Assembly (NCBI GenBank): GCA_963843075.1
Contig: CAWJJD010000001.1
Span: 1,531,057-1,595,056 of the forward strand
DNA: 64,000 nt
Reading direction: 5' to 3'
From: an uncultured Actinomycetota bacterium
GTDB taxonomy: Bacteria > Actinomycetota > Actinomycetes > Propionibacteriales > Nocardioidaceae
Under the pieces are notes generated by a model. The model did no database searches and was not told the origin of the DNA. It was given only the letters and a program-made list of their open reading frames with translations. A program made the translations under genes and the position numbers. This document shows, piece by piece, positions 40,461 to 51,365 of this stretch; position 1 is the first letter of the stretch; the number at the start of each line of letters is the position of its first letter.

Positions 40461-42653
40461 TCAGAGCGGGTCCGGCCGCGCCTCCTGCAGCAACACCAGC
40501 GACCGGGCCGACAGCGTGATCGTCTGGCCGGCCCGGACCGGTTTGCCGATCGGGTGGTCGGGGTCGGTGGAGAGCACGACCGTCCCGTGCTCGACCCACT
40601 CGTTGAGCGGCAGGATCGCCTTGCAGTCGTGCGAGGAGGCGTTGACCCAGAGCTTGAAGCTGGTGTCGCGCAGCTGCTCGCCACGGGGGCCGGGGGAGCG
40701 AAGGGGGTCGCCCGAGACGAACATCCCGATCACGTGCAGGCCGGGGTCCTGCCAGTCGTCGCCGGTCATCTCTCGACCCTCGGGGTGGATCCACGCGAGG
40801 TCCTTGGGTCCGCCGACGATCGCCGGTCGCCCCTCGAACCAGTGCCGCTGGCGCAGAGCCGGGTGCTCGCGCCGGATCTGCAGGGCCGTCCGGGTGATCT
40901 CGAAGACGTCGAGCCACGCGTCGTCGGCCGACCAGTCCACCCAGGAGGTCTCGTTGTCCTGCGAGTAGGGGTTGTTGTTCCCCCGCTGCGTCCGCCCCCG
41001 CTCGTCGCCCGCCGTGATCATCGGCACCCCGGCGGAGAGGCACAGCGTCGCGATCAGGTTGGCCGCCTGCCGGTGTCGCAGCGCGAGCACGTCCTCGTCG
41101 TCGGTCTCTCCCTCGACGCCGCAGTTCCACGAGCGGTTGTTGTCGGTGCCGTCGCGGTTGTCCTCGACGTTGGCCTCGTTGTGCTTCTCGTCGTAGGAGA
41201 CCAGGTCGCGCAGGGTGAAGCCGTCGTGGGCGGTGATGAAGTTGATGGAGGCGTACGGCGACCGCCCGTCGTCGAGGTAGAGGTCGGAGGACCCTGCCAG
41301 CCGGGTCGCCACGTTGCGGACGCCGTCGGACCTGCCCCGCCAGAAGTCCCGCATCGTGTCGCGGTACTGGTCGTTCCACTCCACCCAGGGCGGCGGGAAC
41401 TCGCCCACGCGATAGCCGTCCATGGAGACGTCCCAGGGCTCGGCGATCAGCTTCACGTGCCGCAGCACCGGGTCCTGACCGATGGTGGTCAGCAGGTCGC
41501 CGGCCATGTCGACGGAGTGACCGGTCCGCGTCAGCGCGGACATCAGGTCGAAGCGGAAGCCGTCGACGTGCATCTCGGTGACCCAGTAGCGCAGCGAGTC
41601 CATGATCAGCCGCAGCACCATCGGGTTCTCGGCGTTCACCGTGTTGCCGCAGCCGGTCACGTCCCAGTAGGTGTCGGGCGTGCGGCTGTCCTCCCGCCTG
41701 CTCGAGACCCGCTTGTAGAAGCCGAGGTCGTCCAGCCCGCGGAAGCTCAGGGTCGGGCCGTCCACCCCGGCCTCGGCGGTGTGGTTGTAGACGACGTCGA
41801 GATAGACCTCGATGCCGGCCGCGTGGAAGTTCTTCACCATCTGCTTGAACTCGCGCACCTGCTCTCCCCGGTCGCCGGAGGAGGAGTACGCCGCGTGCGG
41901 GGCGAAGAAGCCGATCGTGTTGTAGCCCCAGTAGTTGGTCAGTCCGTTCTTCGCCAGGGCCGGCTCGGAGGTGAACTGCTGGGTCGGCAGCAGCTCAACC
42001 GCGGTGATGCCGAGGTCGTTGAGGTAGTCGGTGACCACGTGATGGCCGAGACCGGCGTACGTCCCGCGCAGCTCCTCGGGGATCCGGTCGTGCAGCGCCG
42101 TGAAGCCCTTCACGTGCAGCTCGTAGATGGCGGTGTCGCGCCAGCGCGCCCCGATCTTCTGGTCGCCGTCCCAGTCGAAGTCGTCGTCGGCCACCACCAC
42201 GCTGCGCGCGACGTACGGCGCCGAGTCCCGCTCGTCGCGCACGTGGGGCGTGTTCGTCGCAGACAGGTCGCTGCCCGCCTCGAACCCGAAGATCGCGGGG
42301 TCGGTCACGAACTCGCCGCTGATCGCGCGTGCGTAGGGGTCCAGCAGCAGCTTGTGCGGGTTGAAGCGCATCCCGGCCCGGGGCTCCCACGGACCGTCGG
42401 CGCGGAAGCCGTACCGCTGCCCAGGACGTACGCCGGGCAGGGCGCCGTGCCAGATGCCGAGACTCCGCTCGGTCAGCACATGACGGGTCTCGACGTCGTC
42501 CTCGTCGAAGAGGCACACCCACACGTCGGTGGCGTTGGGTGCGTGCACCGCGAAGTTGGTCGACTCCTCACGCCACGTGGCACCCAGCGGCCAGTTGCGG
42601 CCGGGCCACACGTCGACGCGCTCGCCGGTGGCCGACCACTCTCCTGGAGTCAC
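40461..42653 (-). CDS. glgX: Glycogen debranching enzyme (isoamylase)
   Basis: KLLLDPYARA, IYELHVKGFT, NYWGYNT, DVVYNHTAE, DGFRFDL, AEPWD and FITAHDGFTL. Confidence 0.95.
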   Translation of the reverse strand: MTPGEWSATGERVDVWPGRNWPLGATWREESTNFAVHAPNATDVWVCLFDEDDVETRHVLTERSLGIWHGALPGVRPGQRYGFRADGPWEPRAGMRFNPHKLLLDPYARAISGEFVTDPAIFGFEAGSDLSATNTPHVRDERDSAPYVARSVVVADDDFDWDGDQKIGARWRDTAIYELHVKGFTALHDRIPEELRGTYAGLGHHVVTDYLNDLGITAVELLPTQQFTSEPALAKNGLTNYWGYNTIGFFAPHAAYSSSGDRGEQVREFKQMVKNFHAAGIEVYLDVVYNHTAEAGVDGPTLSFRGLDDLGFYKRVSSRREDSRTPDTYWDVTGCGNTVNAENPMVLRLIMDSLRYWVTEMHVDGFRFDLMSALTRTGHSVDMAGDLLTTIGQDPVLRHVKLIAEPWDVSMDGYRVGEFPPPWVEWNDQYRDTMRDFWRGRSDGVRNVATRLAGSSDLYLDDGRSPYASINFITAHDGFTLRDLVSYDEKHNEANVEDNRDGTDNNRSWNCGVEGETDDEDVLALRHRQAANLIATLCLSAGVPMITAGDERGRTQRGNNNPYSQDNETSWVDWSADDAWLDVFEITRTALQIRREHPALRQRHWFEGRPAIVGGPKDLAWIHPEGREMTGDDWQDPGLHVIGMFVSGDPLRSPGPRGEQLRDTSFKLWVNASSHDCKAILPLNEWVEHGTVVLSTDPDHPIGKPVRAGQTITLSARSLVLLQEARPDPL

Positions 42654-42749
42654 CCGGAGATGATGTCACCCGCCGACGTAACCGTCCGGTGGACCTCTGA
42701 GTTGCAGAGGTAGGTTGACCGCACCGACGTCCACTGATGAGGAGAAGCC

Positions 42750-43529
42750 ATGCCGGAGTTCGTCCGACTCGAGGTCGCCGACGGAGTCGGCACCCTCCGC
42801 GTCGACCGGCCCAAGATGAACGCGCTCAGCCTCCAGGTCCAGGAGGAGATCCGTGCGGCCGCCGAGGAGGCCGCGGAGCGGGACGACGTCAAGGCGGTGG
42901 TGATCTGGGGCGGCGAGAAGGTGTTCGCGGCGGGCGCCGACGTCAAGGAGATGGCGGAGATGTCCCACACGGACATGATCGACAGGTCCGGGCGGATGCA
43001 GGCCGGCTACGTCGCCCTGGCCAGGCTCCCCAAGCCGGTCGTGGCGGCGGTCAACGGCTATGCGCTCGGCGGTGGCTGCGAGCTCGCGCTGTGCGCCGAC
43101 ATCCGGATCGCGGCCGAGAACGCCACCTTCGGCCAGCCCGAGATCCTGCTCGGCATCATCCCGGGCCTCGGCGGCACCCAGAGGCTCGCCCGTCTCGTGG
43201 GCCCCAGTCGCGCGAAGGACATGATCTTCACCGGACGGTTCGTCAAGGCCGACGAGGCACTCGCCATCGGCCTGGTCGACCGGGTCGTGCCCGCCGAGGA
43301 CGTCTACGACGAGGCGGTGACGTGGGCAGCGCAGTTCGCCGACGCGGCGTCGTACGCCCTCCGCGCGGCCAAGGAGACCATCGACCGTGGGCTCGAGGTC
43401 GACCTCGACACCGGGCTCGAGATCGAGCGCCAGCAGTTCGCCGGCCTGTTCGCCACGCGGGATCGCAGCATCGGGATGGACTCCTTCGTCCAGAATGGTC
43501 CCGGCAAGGCCCAGTTCGAGGGTCGCTGA
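42750..43529 (+). CDS. Enoyl-CoA hydratase/isomerase family protein
   Basis: FAAGADVKE, GYALGGGCELAL and FGQPEILLGIIPG. Confidence 0.92.
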   Translation: MPEFVRLEVADGVGTLRVDRPKMNALSLQVQEEIRAAAEEAAERDDVKAVVIWGGEKVFAAGADVKEMAEMSHTDMIDRSGRMQAGYVALARLPKPVVAAVNGYALGGGCELALCADIRIAAENATFGQPEILLGIIPGLGGTQRLARLVGPSRAKDMIFTGRFVKADEALAIGLVDRVVPAEDVYDEAVTWAAQFADAASYALRAAKETIDRGLEVDLDTGLEIERQQFAGLFATRDRSIGMDSFVQNGPGKAQFEGR

Positions 43530-43579
43530 CCCCCAGCGCCGCCCGCATCGCCCGCATCGCCCGCACCGAGGAGCTCACC

Positions 43580-43957
43580 GTGTCCCCCAAAGTCAGCACC
43601 GACGAATCCAACAAGGACGGGAAGGGACGCACCCTCGCCACCACCAACGTGATCCGGGCGAAGACCGCCCGGGCGGTGCGCATCGTCTTCGGTGTGCTCG
43701 CCACGATCCTCGCGCTCGGCGCCCTGCTGGTGGTGCTGCGGAGCAACATCAACGAGGACAACACGATCGTGAAGCTGATCACCGACATCGCCGACGCGAT
43801 CTCGGGCCCGTTCAGCCGTGACGACGGCATCTTCGACTTCACCGGCAAGAACGCCGTGGCCAAGAACGCCCTGCTCAACTGGGGCATCGCGGCCATCGTC
43901 TACCTGCTCATCGGGCGCTTCCTCGCCAACGCGATCGCGCCCAAGAGCAGCCGCTGA
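43580..43957 (+). CDS. Conserved actinobacterial small membrane protein
   Basis: GAGGAG RBS, GTG start, two TM segments (NWGIAAIVYLLIG). Confidence 0.7.
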   Translation: MSPKVSTDESNKDGKGRTLATTNVIRAKTARAVRIVFGVLATILALGALLVVLRSNINEDNTIVKLITDIADAISGPFSRDDGIFDFTGKNAVAKNALLNWGIAAIVYLLIGRFLANAIAPKSSR

Positions 43958-44107
43958 ACCCCGGTCGCGAGAGCCGGAGCCGGCCCGGGCGCTGTGACTG
44001 ACCACACCCACCGCTGGTGTTTCTGCGCAGGTGACTCGGCGGTAGCCTCACCTCGGGGTCAACCCAACCGTCTCTAACTCAGGAGGGGCCCGCCCAGGGC
44101 CGTGACC

Positions 44108-44893
44108 ATGAACATTGTCGTCTGTGTGAAGTACGTGCCCGACGCAACTGCCGATCGGCACTTCGAGTCCGACAACACCGTGGACCGTGTCGGTGTGCCT
44201 GGTCTGCTCTCCGAGCTCGACGAGTACGCCGTCGAGCAGGCGTTGCAGCTCAAGGAGAAGAACGAGGGCACCGAGGTGACCGCGCTCACCGTGGGTCCCG
44301 AGGACGCCTCCGAGGCCATCAAGAAGGCCCTGCAGATGGGTGCCGACAAGGGTGTGCACGTGGTCGACGACGCGATCGCCGGCTCGGACTACCTGGCCAC
44401 CTCGCAGGTGCTCGCCGCCGCCGTGGAGAAGATCGGTGACGTCGACGTGATCCTGTGCGGGATGGCCTCGACCGACGCGACCGGAAGCGTGATCCCGGCG
44501 ATGCTCGCCGAGCGCCTCGACCTTCCTCAGGTGACCCTGGGCTCGGTCATCGAGTCGCAGGGCAAGGAGTTCCGGATCAAGCGTGACGGCGACACCTCCA
44601 CGGAGGTGATCGGTGCGACCGCCCCGCTGGTGCTCTCGGTGACCGACCAGTCCGGCGAGGCGCGCTACCCGTCCTTCAAGGGGATCATGGCGGCGAAGAA
44701 GAAGCCGCTGGAGACCTGGTCGCTCTCCGACATCGGCGTGGACGCCGACAAGGTCGGCCTGGACGCCGCGTGGACCGCGGTGGAGGGCACCGAGGAGCGT
44801 CCCCCGCGCACGGCCGGCGAGATCGTCACCGACGAGGACGGCTCGGGCGCCACTGCGCTGGTCGAGTTCCTCGCGTCCAAGAAGTTCATCTGA
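44108..44893 (+). CDS. etfB: Electron transfer flavoprotein beta subunit
   Basis: MNIVVCVKYVPD, ELDEYAVEQAL and EARYPSFKGIMAAKKKP. Confidence 0.95.
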   Translation: MNIVVCVKYVPDATADRHFESDNTVDRVGVPGLLSELDEYAVEQALQLKEKNEGTEVTALTVGPEDASEAIKKALQMGADKGVHVVDDAIAGSDYLATSQVLAAAVEKIGDVDVILCGMASTDATGSVIPAMLAERLDLPQVTLGSVIESQGKEFRIKRDGDTSTEVIGATAPLVLSVTDQSGEARYPSFKGIMAAKKKPLETWSLSDIGVDADKVGLDAAWTAVEGTEERPPRTAGEIVTDEDGSGATALVEFLASKKFI

Positions 44894-44913
44894 GTCCGGA
44901 GGATTCCACAGTC

Positions 44914-45867
44914 ATGTCTGAAGTTCTGGTTCTCGTCGACCACCTCGACGGCAAGGTCCGCAAGCCCACCTACGAGCTGCTCACCATCGCCAAGCGCCTC
45001 GGTGAGCCGTCCGCGGTGTTCATCGGCGGCTCCGACAAGGCCGACGACGTCGTCGCCGCGGTGAAGAAGTACGGCGCCGAGAAGGTCTACGTCGTCGACG
45101 ACGCGGAGATCAAGGGCTACCTCGTCGCCCCCAAGGCCGAGGCACTCCAGCAGATCGCGGAGCAGGCCAGTCCGTCGGCGATCCTGATCCCGTCCAACGC
45201 CGAGGGCAAGGAGATCGCCGGTCGCCTGGCGATCAAGCTCGGTTCGGGTCTGATCACCGACGCGGTCGACGTGCAGGAAGGCCCCGTCACCACCCAGTCG
45301 GTCTTCGCCGGCAGCTACACCGTGCAGGCCAAGGTCACGACCGGCACCCCGATCATCACGGTCAAGCCCAACTCGGCGGCTCCCGAGGAGTCCGAGGGCG
45401 CGGCGGCCAGGGAGGACTTCGCGGCCACGGTGTCCGACTCGGCCAAGAAGGCCAAGATCGTCGCCTCCCAGGCCCGCAAGGCCTCGGGTCGTCCCGAGCT
45501 GAGCGAGGCCGCGATCGTGGTCTCGGGTGGTCGTGGCACCGGCGGCAACTTCGAGGAGGTCGAGGGTCTCGCCGACTCGCTCGGCGCCGCCGTGGGTGCC
45601 TCGCGTGCCGCGGTCGACTCCGGCTGGATCCCGCACGCCTTCCAGATCGGCCAGACCGGCAAGGTCGTCTCCCCGCAGCTCTACGTCGCCAACGGCATCT
45701 CCGGTGCCATCCAGCACCGCGCCGGCATGCAGACCTCGAAGACCATCGTGGCCGTCAACAAGGACGAAGAGGCCCCGATCTTCGAGCTCGTCGACTTCGG
45801 CGTGGTGGGTGACCTGCACACGGTCCTCCCCGCCGCGACCGAGGAGATCACCAAGCGCAAGGGCTGA
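44914..45867 (+). CDS. etfA: Electron transfer flavoprotein alpha subunit
   Basis: [25 protein letters not shown] and [12 protein letters not shown]. Confidence 0.95.
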   Translation: MSEVLVLVDHLDGKVRKPTYELLTIAKRLGEPSAVFIGGSDKADDVVAAVKKYGAEKVYVVDDAEIKGYLVAPKAEALQQIAEQASPSAILIPSNAEGKEIAGRLAIKLGSGLITDAVDVQEGPVTTQSVFAGSYTVQAKVTTGTPIITVKPNSAAPEESEGAAAREDFAATVSDSAKKAKIVASQARKASGRPELSEAAIVVSGGRGTGGNFEEVEGLADSLGAAVGASRAAVDSGWIPHAFQIGQTGKVVSPQLYVANGISGAIQHRAGMQTSKTIVAVNKDEEAPIFELVDFGVVGDLHTVLPAATEEITKRKG

Positions 45868-45894
45868 GCGGGTCCCTCGGGAGCCGCCCACTCG

Positions 45895-46908
45895 ATGAAG
45901 CCGGGGGCCGGAGGACGCGGCCTGAGGATCGTCGGGGCGTTCGTCGCCCTGGTCGTTCTGGCCGGCTCGGTCGTTCTCACCCTCGCCCGGCTGCTGAACT
46001 CCGAGGCGGAGACGTGGGTGCTGGCTGCGTCGTTCGTGCCCTGGGCGTTCGTGGGCTACCTCGTCGCGCTGGTGCTCCTCGGTCTCGTCAACCTGAGCCA
46101 GCCATGGGGCAAGGTGCGAGTCGTCCTCACCGCTGCCGTGTGCGTCTGCGTGGTCGGGGTCGGGCTGCACGCGTGGTGGCTGGCGCCGTCGTACGTCGGA
46201 GACCACGCGCCGGGCCGGCCCGACCTGACCGTGCTCGAGCTCAACCTGCTCAAGGGCGGGGCGGACCCGGCCGACACCGCCGCCATGCTGGGGCGGGAGC
46301 GCCCTGACCTGCTGGTCCTGACCGAGGTGACTCCCGCCGCACTCGCCGCGCTCGAGGGCGAGCAGGCGATCGGCCGGGGGAGCCGGCTCCCGCACGTGGT
46401 CGGGAAGGCGCTCCCCGGAGCCTCGGGACTCGTCGTGGCGTCACGGTCTCCGCTGCGGGTGGAGCGAAGGGTGGCGCTGGCCCATCCCGGCTACGTGGTG
46501 CGGGTCGAGGCGGCCAGGGCGTACGCCGTGCTCGCGGTCCACACCGCCCAGCCCGCCATCGACATCGTCGCCTGGCGCAGGGACCACGCGACGCTCGTGC
46601 GTGCGGAGCGACGACTTCGCGGACCCCATCTCGTCGTCGGGGACCTGAACGCCACGCTCGACCACCCCAGCCTGCGCACGATGCTGGCCGACGGGATGTC
46701 GGACGCCGCGCAGGAGGCCAACTCGGGGTGGCAGCCCACGTGGCCGAGCCCGGAGAAGGACCGCCTCAAGGGAGTGCCGGTGCCGGTCGGGCTGTTCGCG
46801 ATCGACCACGTGCTGATCAGCTCCGGCTTCTCGGCCACCTCCACGAGCACCCCGGCCGTGCGCGGCTCCGACCACCGCGCGCTGGTGGCCCGGCTGGTGC
46901 GTCGCTAG
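45895..46908 (+). CDS. Endonuclease/exonuclease/phosphatase (EEP) family protein with N-terminal TM helices
   Basis: Hydrophobic N-terminus, [14 protein letters not shown] and IDHVL. Confidence 0.82.
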   Translation: MKPGAGGRGLRIVGAFVALVVLAGSVVLTLARLLNSEAETWVLAASFVPWAFVGYLVALVLLGLVNLSQPWGKVRVVLTAAVCVCVVGVGLHAWWLAPSYVGDHAPGRPDLTVLELNLLKGGADPADTAAMLGRERPDLLVLTEVTPAALAALEGEQAIGRGSRLPHVVGKALPGASGLVVASRSPLRVERRVALAHPGYVVRVEAARAYAVLAVHTAQPAIDIVAWRRDHATLVRAERRLRGPHLVVGDLNATLDHPSLRTMLADGMSDAAQEANSGWQPTWPSPEKDRLKGVPVPVGLFAIDHVLISSGFSATSTSTPAVRGSDHRALVARLVRR

Positions 46909-46946
46909 GAGCAGGTCGGCGACCGAACGGGCCCGGCCCGGTCGGA

Positions 46947-47291
46947 TCAGCCCAGCGCGCGGCGTACGAGCTCCATCGCCTCGTCGCGCCCGACGCCGAG
47001 CACCCGCACCCGTTCGGCGTAGTCGTGCGCCGCCTGCCGCGCCGCCTGCGCGACGCCCTGACCGGTGACCACGCTGCCGGCCCGGCCCCGGGTCTCGATG
47101 ACTCCCAGGGCCTCGAGCTCGCGGTAGGCGCGTGCCACGGTGTTGGCCGCCAGGTCGAGCTCCTGGGCCAGGCCGCGCACCGTCGGCAGCTTCGCTCCCG
47201 GGGGCAGCTCCCCCGACTCGACCTGGGCCTGGATCTGCTCGCGCACCTGCGCGAACGGCGGGACGGGGGAGTCGGCGTCGAGGGAGATCAC
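46947..47291 (-). CDS. GntR-family (YtrA-like) regulator
   Basis: [10 protein letters not shown]...[29 protein letters not shown]. Confidence 0.9.
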   Translation of the reverse strand: MISLDADSPVPPFAQVREQIQAQVESGELPPGAKLPTVRGLAQELDLAANTVARAYRELEALGVIETRGRAGSVVTGQGVAQAARQAAHDYAERVRVLGVGRDEAMELVRRALG

Positions 47292-47298
47292 GCCTGCG

Positions 47299-47327
47299 AT
47301 CGTGGTTTGTCGCACGGTTTGTGTCAA
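47299..47327 (-). promoter_or_regulatory. Housekeeping-sigma promoter of the gntR gene (leaderless)
   Basis: Minus strand: TTGACA-N17-CACGAT-N7-GTG. Confidence 0.65.
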
Positions 47328-47404
47328 CGGTCGACTGGGCCGGTCGGTCGTGCCCGGCTGCCGCGTACGCTTGCCTGTTGATGACCACCCCAACGTCCCG
47401 TGTC

Positions 47405-47430
47405 AGTTTCACAGCGGCCGCTGTGAAACT
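47405..47430. repeat. REP-like perfect palindrome, family B, copy 2
   Basis: AGTTTCACAGCGGCCGCTGTGAAACT. Confidence 0.8.
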
Positions 47431-47463
47431 TTCGCTGCCCTCCTGTCGCGTCGGGGTCCCCGG

Positions 47464-48660
47464 ATGAGCGTCTACCTCGACCACGCGGCGACCACGCCGA
47501 TCCTCCCCGAGGCCGTGGCGGCGATGACCGCCCAGCTCGGCCGGGTCGGCAACGCGTCCTCGCTGCACGCCTCCGGTCGCGAGGCCCGCCGGGTCGTCGA
47601 GGAGTCGCGCGAGCGGATCGCGCTGGCGCTGAGGTGTCGCCCCGGCGAGGTCGTGTTCACCTCCGGCGGCACCGAGTCCGACAACCTCGCGATCAAGGGT
47701 CTGTTCTGGGCCCGCCGTGCCGAGGACCCCCGTCGGGTGCGGATCCTGAGCACGCCGATCGAGCACCACGCCGTGCTCGACCCGCTCGTGTGGCTGGGCA
47801 CCGAGGGCGCCAAGGTCGAGCTGGTCCCCGTCGACCGACAGGGCCGGCTCGACGTCGAGGCGTTCCGTGAGGCGGTGGAGTCCGACCCGGAGAGCGTCGC
47901 GCTGGTCACCGTGATGTGGGCCAACAACGAGGTCGGCACCGTCCAGCCCGTGCCCGAGGTCGTCGAGATCGCCCATGCCCACGGCATTCCGGTGCACACC
48001 GACGCCGTCCAGGCGCTCGGCCAGCTGCCCCTCGACTTCGCCGCGTCCGGCGTCGACGCGATGACGGTCACCGGTCACAAGATCGGTGGCCCCTACGGCG
48101 TCGGCGCGCTCGTCGTCCGCCGTGAGCTGCAGCCCACGGCCCTGCTGCACGGCGGCGGCCAGGAGCGCGACATCCGTTCCGGGACGATCGACCCGCCCGC
48201 GATCGCCGGGTTCGCGGTCGCCTGCGAGGTCGCCGTCGCTCACCAGCCCGAGCTCGCCGAGCGACTGGTGGTGCTGCGCGACGCGCTGGTCGCCGGCGTA
48301 CGCCGCGAGGTGCCCGACGCCATCTACAACGGCGACCCGCTCGACGGGCCCGACCACCGGCTGCCCGGCAACGCCCACCTGGAGTTCCCCGGCTGCGAGG
48401 GCGACTCGCTGCTGATGCTCCTCGACGCCCGCGGCATCGAGTGCTCGACCGGCTCGGCGTGCGACGCAGGCGTGCCCCAGGCCTCCCACGTGCTGCTCGC
48501 GATGGGCTCGTCGGAGGAGTTCGCGCGGTCCTCGCTGCGGTTCTCCCTGGGGCACACCTCCACCGAGGCCGACGTCGACGCACTCGTCGCGGCGATCGGG
48601 CCCGTGGTCGAACGGGCCCGCAACGCGGCGCTCGCGACGAGAGCGCCCGGGAGCGCCTGA
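47464..48660 (+). CDS. iscS: Cysteine desulfurase (IscS/NifS-like)
   Basis: [33 protein letters not shown] and the catalytic STGSAC; lies directly upstream of mnmA. Confidence 0.92.
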   Translation: MSVYLDHAATTPILPEAVAAMTAQLGRVGNASSLHASGREARRVVEESRERIALALRCRPGEVVFTSGGTESDNLAIKGLFWARRAEDPRRVRILSTPIEHHAVLDPLVWLGTEGAKVELVPVDRQGRLDVEAFREAVESDPESVALVTVMWANNEVGTVQPVPEVVEIAHAHGIPVHTDAVQALGQLPLDFAASGVDAMTVTGHKIGGPYGVGALVVRRELQPTALLHGGGQERDIRSGTIDPPAIAGFAVACEVAVAHQPELAERLVVLRDALVAGVRREVPDAIYNGDPLDGPDHRLPGNAHLEFPGCEGDSLLMLLDARGIECSTGSACDAGVPQASHVLLAMGSSEEFARSSLRFSLGHTSTEADVDALVAAIGPVVERARNAALATRAPGSA

Positions 48661-49776
48661 TGCGGGTCCTGGCAGCGATGTCGGGCGGCGTGGACTCGGC
48701 GGTCGCGGCGGCCCGTGCGGCCGAGCAGGGGCACGACGTCACCGGCATCCACCTCGCGCTCTCGCGCAACCCGCAGTCCTACCGCACCGGCGCACGCGGC
48801 TGCTGCACCATCGAGGACGCCAACGACGCCCGTCGTGCGGCGGACGTCATCGGGATCCCGTTCTACGTCTGGGACCTGAGCGAGCGCTTCCACGAGGACG
48901 TGGTCGAGGACTTCCTGAGCGAGTACGCCGAGGGCCGCACGCCCAACCCCTGCCTGCGCTGCAACGAGAAGATCAAGTTCGCCGCCGTGCTCGACCGGGC
49001 GATCGCGCTCGACTTCGACGCGGTGGTGACCGGCCACTACGCGCAGCTCCAGCGCACCGACGACGGGCTGATCGAGATGCACCGCGCCGAGGACATGAGC
49101 AAGGACCAGAGCTACGTGCTCGGCGTACTCACCCAGGAGCAGCTCGCCCACTCGATGTTCCCGCTCGGCGACACCCCGAAGTCCGTGATCCGCGAGGAGG
49201 CGGCCCGGCGTGGCCTGGCCGTGGCCGCCAAGCCCGACAGCCACGACATCTGCTTCATCAGCGACGGCGACACCGGCGGCTGGCTCTCCGAGAAGCTCTC
49301 CTCGACCGGCGCCGGGGTCAACCGCAGCGGTTCGATCGTCTCCTCCGACGGTGAGGTGCTCGGCTCCCACGAGGGGTCCTGGCGCTACACCATCGGCCAG
49401 CGCCGGGGCCTGCGGATCGGGACGCCGGCGGCCGACGGCCAGCCGCGCTACGTGCTCGACATCGAGCCGGTCTCAGGGACGGTGACGGTCGGATCCCGTG
49501 CCGAGCTGGCGGTCGACGGTCTCTCCGCGATCAAGCCCCGCTGGTGCGGGCGCGCGCCGTCCGAGGCGCTGGAGTGCACCGTCCAGCTGCGCGCCCACGG
49601 CGACGAGCACCGAGCGGTGGTGCGCGTCCTCGACGACGACCGTCGAGGTCGAGCTGCTCGACCCCGCCGAAGGCATCGCGCCCGGCCAGGCGGTCGTCGT
49701 CTACGACGGGTCGCGGGTCGTCGGGTCGGCCACGATCGCCTCGACGCGGCGGGTGCCTGCCGGGGCCTCCGTGTGA
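48660..49776 (+). pseudogene. mnmA: tRNA 2-thiouridylase MnmA, frameshifted near 49640 (probably a sequencing error)
   Basis: [30 protein letters not shown] and TIGQRRGL. The C-terminal [21 protein letters not shown] is in a shifted frame after ctcgacgacgac-c-gtcgag. Confidence 0.9.
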
Positions 49777-49783
49777 ACGCCCG

Positions 49784-50755
49784 GTGACCTCCTCGACCGG
49801 CATCGGGTCGCTGCCCGGCGAGGACTTCGGCGAGTCGACGCGCCTCGTGCTCGACCAGCTTCCCGACCTGCCGCACCTGCCCGAGCTGCCGGGCCGCGGG
49901 ACGATCGCCGGCATGGCCGGGCGCACGCTCGGGGTGGTCCAGGAGCTGGGCTTCGACCTCCAGCCGGCCGGCTGGCGTCTCACCGACGCGGCCGGGGTCG
50001 ACCACCGCCGCGCGCGCTCGTTGCTGGCGCAGGACCTGGACACCTTCGAGGAGCTGACGCAGGGCTACGAGGGCGAGCTCAAGGTGCAGCTGACCGGGCC
50101 GTGGACGCTGGCGAGCACCGTGGAGAAGCCGCGCGGCGACCGCGTCCTGTCCGACTTCGGTGCCCGGCGGGAGCTGGCGCAGGCCCTGGCCGAGGGCGTG
50201 CGCGGGCACCTCGCCGACGTGCAGCGGCGCGTGCCCGGCGCGCGGCTCCTGCTCCAGTACGACGAGCCCGCGCTGCCCGCCGTGCTGGCCGGTCAGGTGC
50301 CGACCGCGTCCGGGTTCAACCGGCACCGATCGGTCACCGCGCCCCTGGCCTCCGAGGCGCTCGAGTGGGTCGTCGCTGCGGCCGGCGAGACGCCGACCGT
50401 CTTCCACTGCTGCGCGGCCGAGGTCCCGATCGCGCTGCTCCGCGGGGCCGGCGCCTCCGGGGTGTCCGTGGACCTCGACGTCCTCCCGGCCGGGGCGTAC
50501 GACGAGCTCGCGACCGCCCTCGACGAGGGTGCCCGGGTCCTGCTCGGCGTGGTCCCGTCGACCGGCGAGACCTCACCCACCACGAAGGCTGTCGTCGAGC
50601 GGGTGCAGCGGCTGCTCGACATGCTCGGCTTCGACGCGGGCGAGGTGTCCGACCGGCTGGTGCTGACACCGGCGTGCGGACTGGCAGGTGCGACTCCGTC
50701 GTACGCCAGGAGCGCGCTGCACGCCCTGACCGAGGCCGCCGCCGAGCTCGGCTGA
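49784..50755 (+). CDS. Cobalamin-independent methionine synthase II-like protein (conserved actinobacterial mnmA-ligA neighbour)
   Basis: [36 protein letters not shown] and TPACGLAG. Confidence 0.8.
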   Translation: MTSSTGIGSLPGEDFGESTRLVLDQLPDLPHLPELPGRGTIAGMAGRTLGVVQELGFDLQPAGWRLTDAAGVDHRRARSLLAQDLDTFEELTQGYEGELKVQLTGPWTLASTVEKPRGDRVLSDFGARRELAQALAEGVRGHLADVQRRVPGARLLLQYDEPALPAVLAGQVPTASGFNRHRSVTAPLASEALEWVVAAAGETPTVFHCCAAEVPIALLRGAGASGVSVDLDVLPAGAYDELATALDEGARVLLGVVPSTGETSPTTKAVVERVQRLLDMLGFDAGEVSDRLVLTPACGLAGATPSYARSALHALTEAAAELG

Positions 50756-50760
50756 CCCCC

Positions 50761-50785
50761 GCTTGTGGCATCCGGCTTCGGGTAC
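50761..50785 (+). promoter_or_regulatory. Putative SigB/SigF-type general stress promoter
   Basis: GCTTG-N14-GGGTAC upstream of the PfpI gene. Confidence 0.45.
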
Positions 50786-50814
50786 GACGTGAGTACCCGA
50801 CATGAAGGAGTGTC

Positions 50815-51354
50815 ATGAACGACCTGAACGGCAAGAAGATCGCGATCATCGCCACCGACCACTTCGAGGAGGCCGAGCTGGTGACCCCTCGTGACGAGCT
50901 GGCCAAGGCCGGCGCCGAGGTGAAGGTCTACTCGGCCGACACCGACCCGATCCAGGCCGTCGAGGGCGACACCTCGCCGACGCAGAAGGTCGACGTGGAC
51001 GGCACCTTCGGCGACCTCGACGTGTCCACGGTGGACGCGGTCGTCGTCCCCGGCGGCACGGTGAACGCCGACCACATCCGCATCGACGAGGACGCCCAGA
51101 GCATCGTGCGCGAGGCCCTCGACACCGACAAGGTCCTCGCCGTGATCTGCCACGGCCCGTGGCTGCTGGTGAACGCCGGTGCGGCCCAGGGTCGCACCCT
51201 GACCAGCTACCCCAGCCTGCGCCTCGACCTCGAGAACGCCGGCGCCTCCTGGAAGGACGAGGAGGTCGTGGTCGACGGCAAGCTGATCACCAGCCGCAAC
51301 CCCGACGACCTCCCCGCCTTCGTGGAGGCCATCAGCGAGGCGCTGGTGGGCTGA
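50815..51354 (+). CDS. PfpI/DJ-1 family protein (type 1 glutamine amidotransferase-like)
   Basis: FEEAEL, VPGG, ICHGPW and ITSRNPDDL; AAGGAG RBS. Confidence 0.92.
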   Translation: MNDLNGKKIAIIATDHFEEAELVTPRDELAKAGAEVKVYSADTDPIQAVEGDTSPTQKVDVDGTFGDLDVSTVDAVVVPGGTVNADHIRIDEDAQSIVREALDTDKVLAVICHGPWLLVNAGAAQGRTLTSYPSLRLDLENAGASWKDEEVVVDGKLITSRNPDDLPAFVEAISEALVG

Positions 51355-51365
51355 GTCTCGGCGGT

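Noticed and set aside
43538-43567. cgcccgcat x3 microrepeat
   Set aside because: Short, GC-rich and single-site; no evidence of function.
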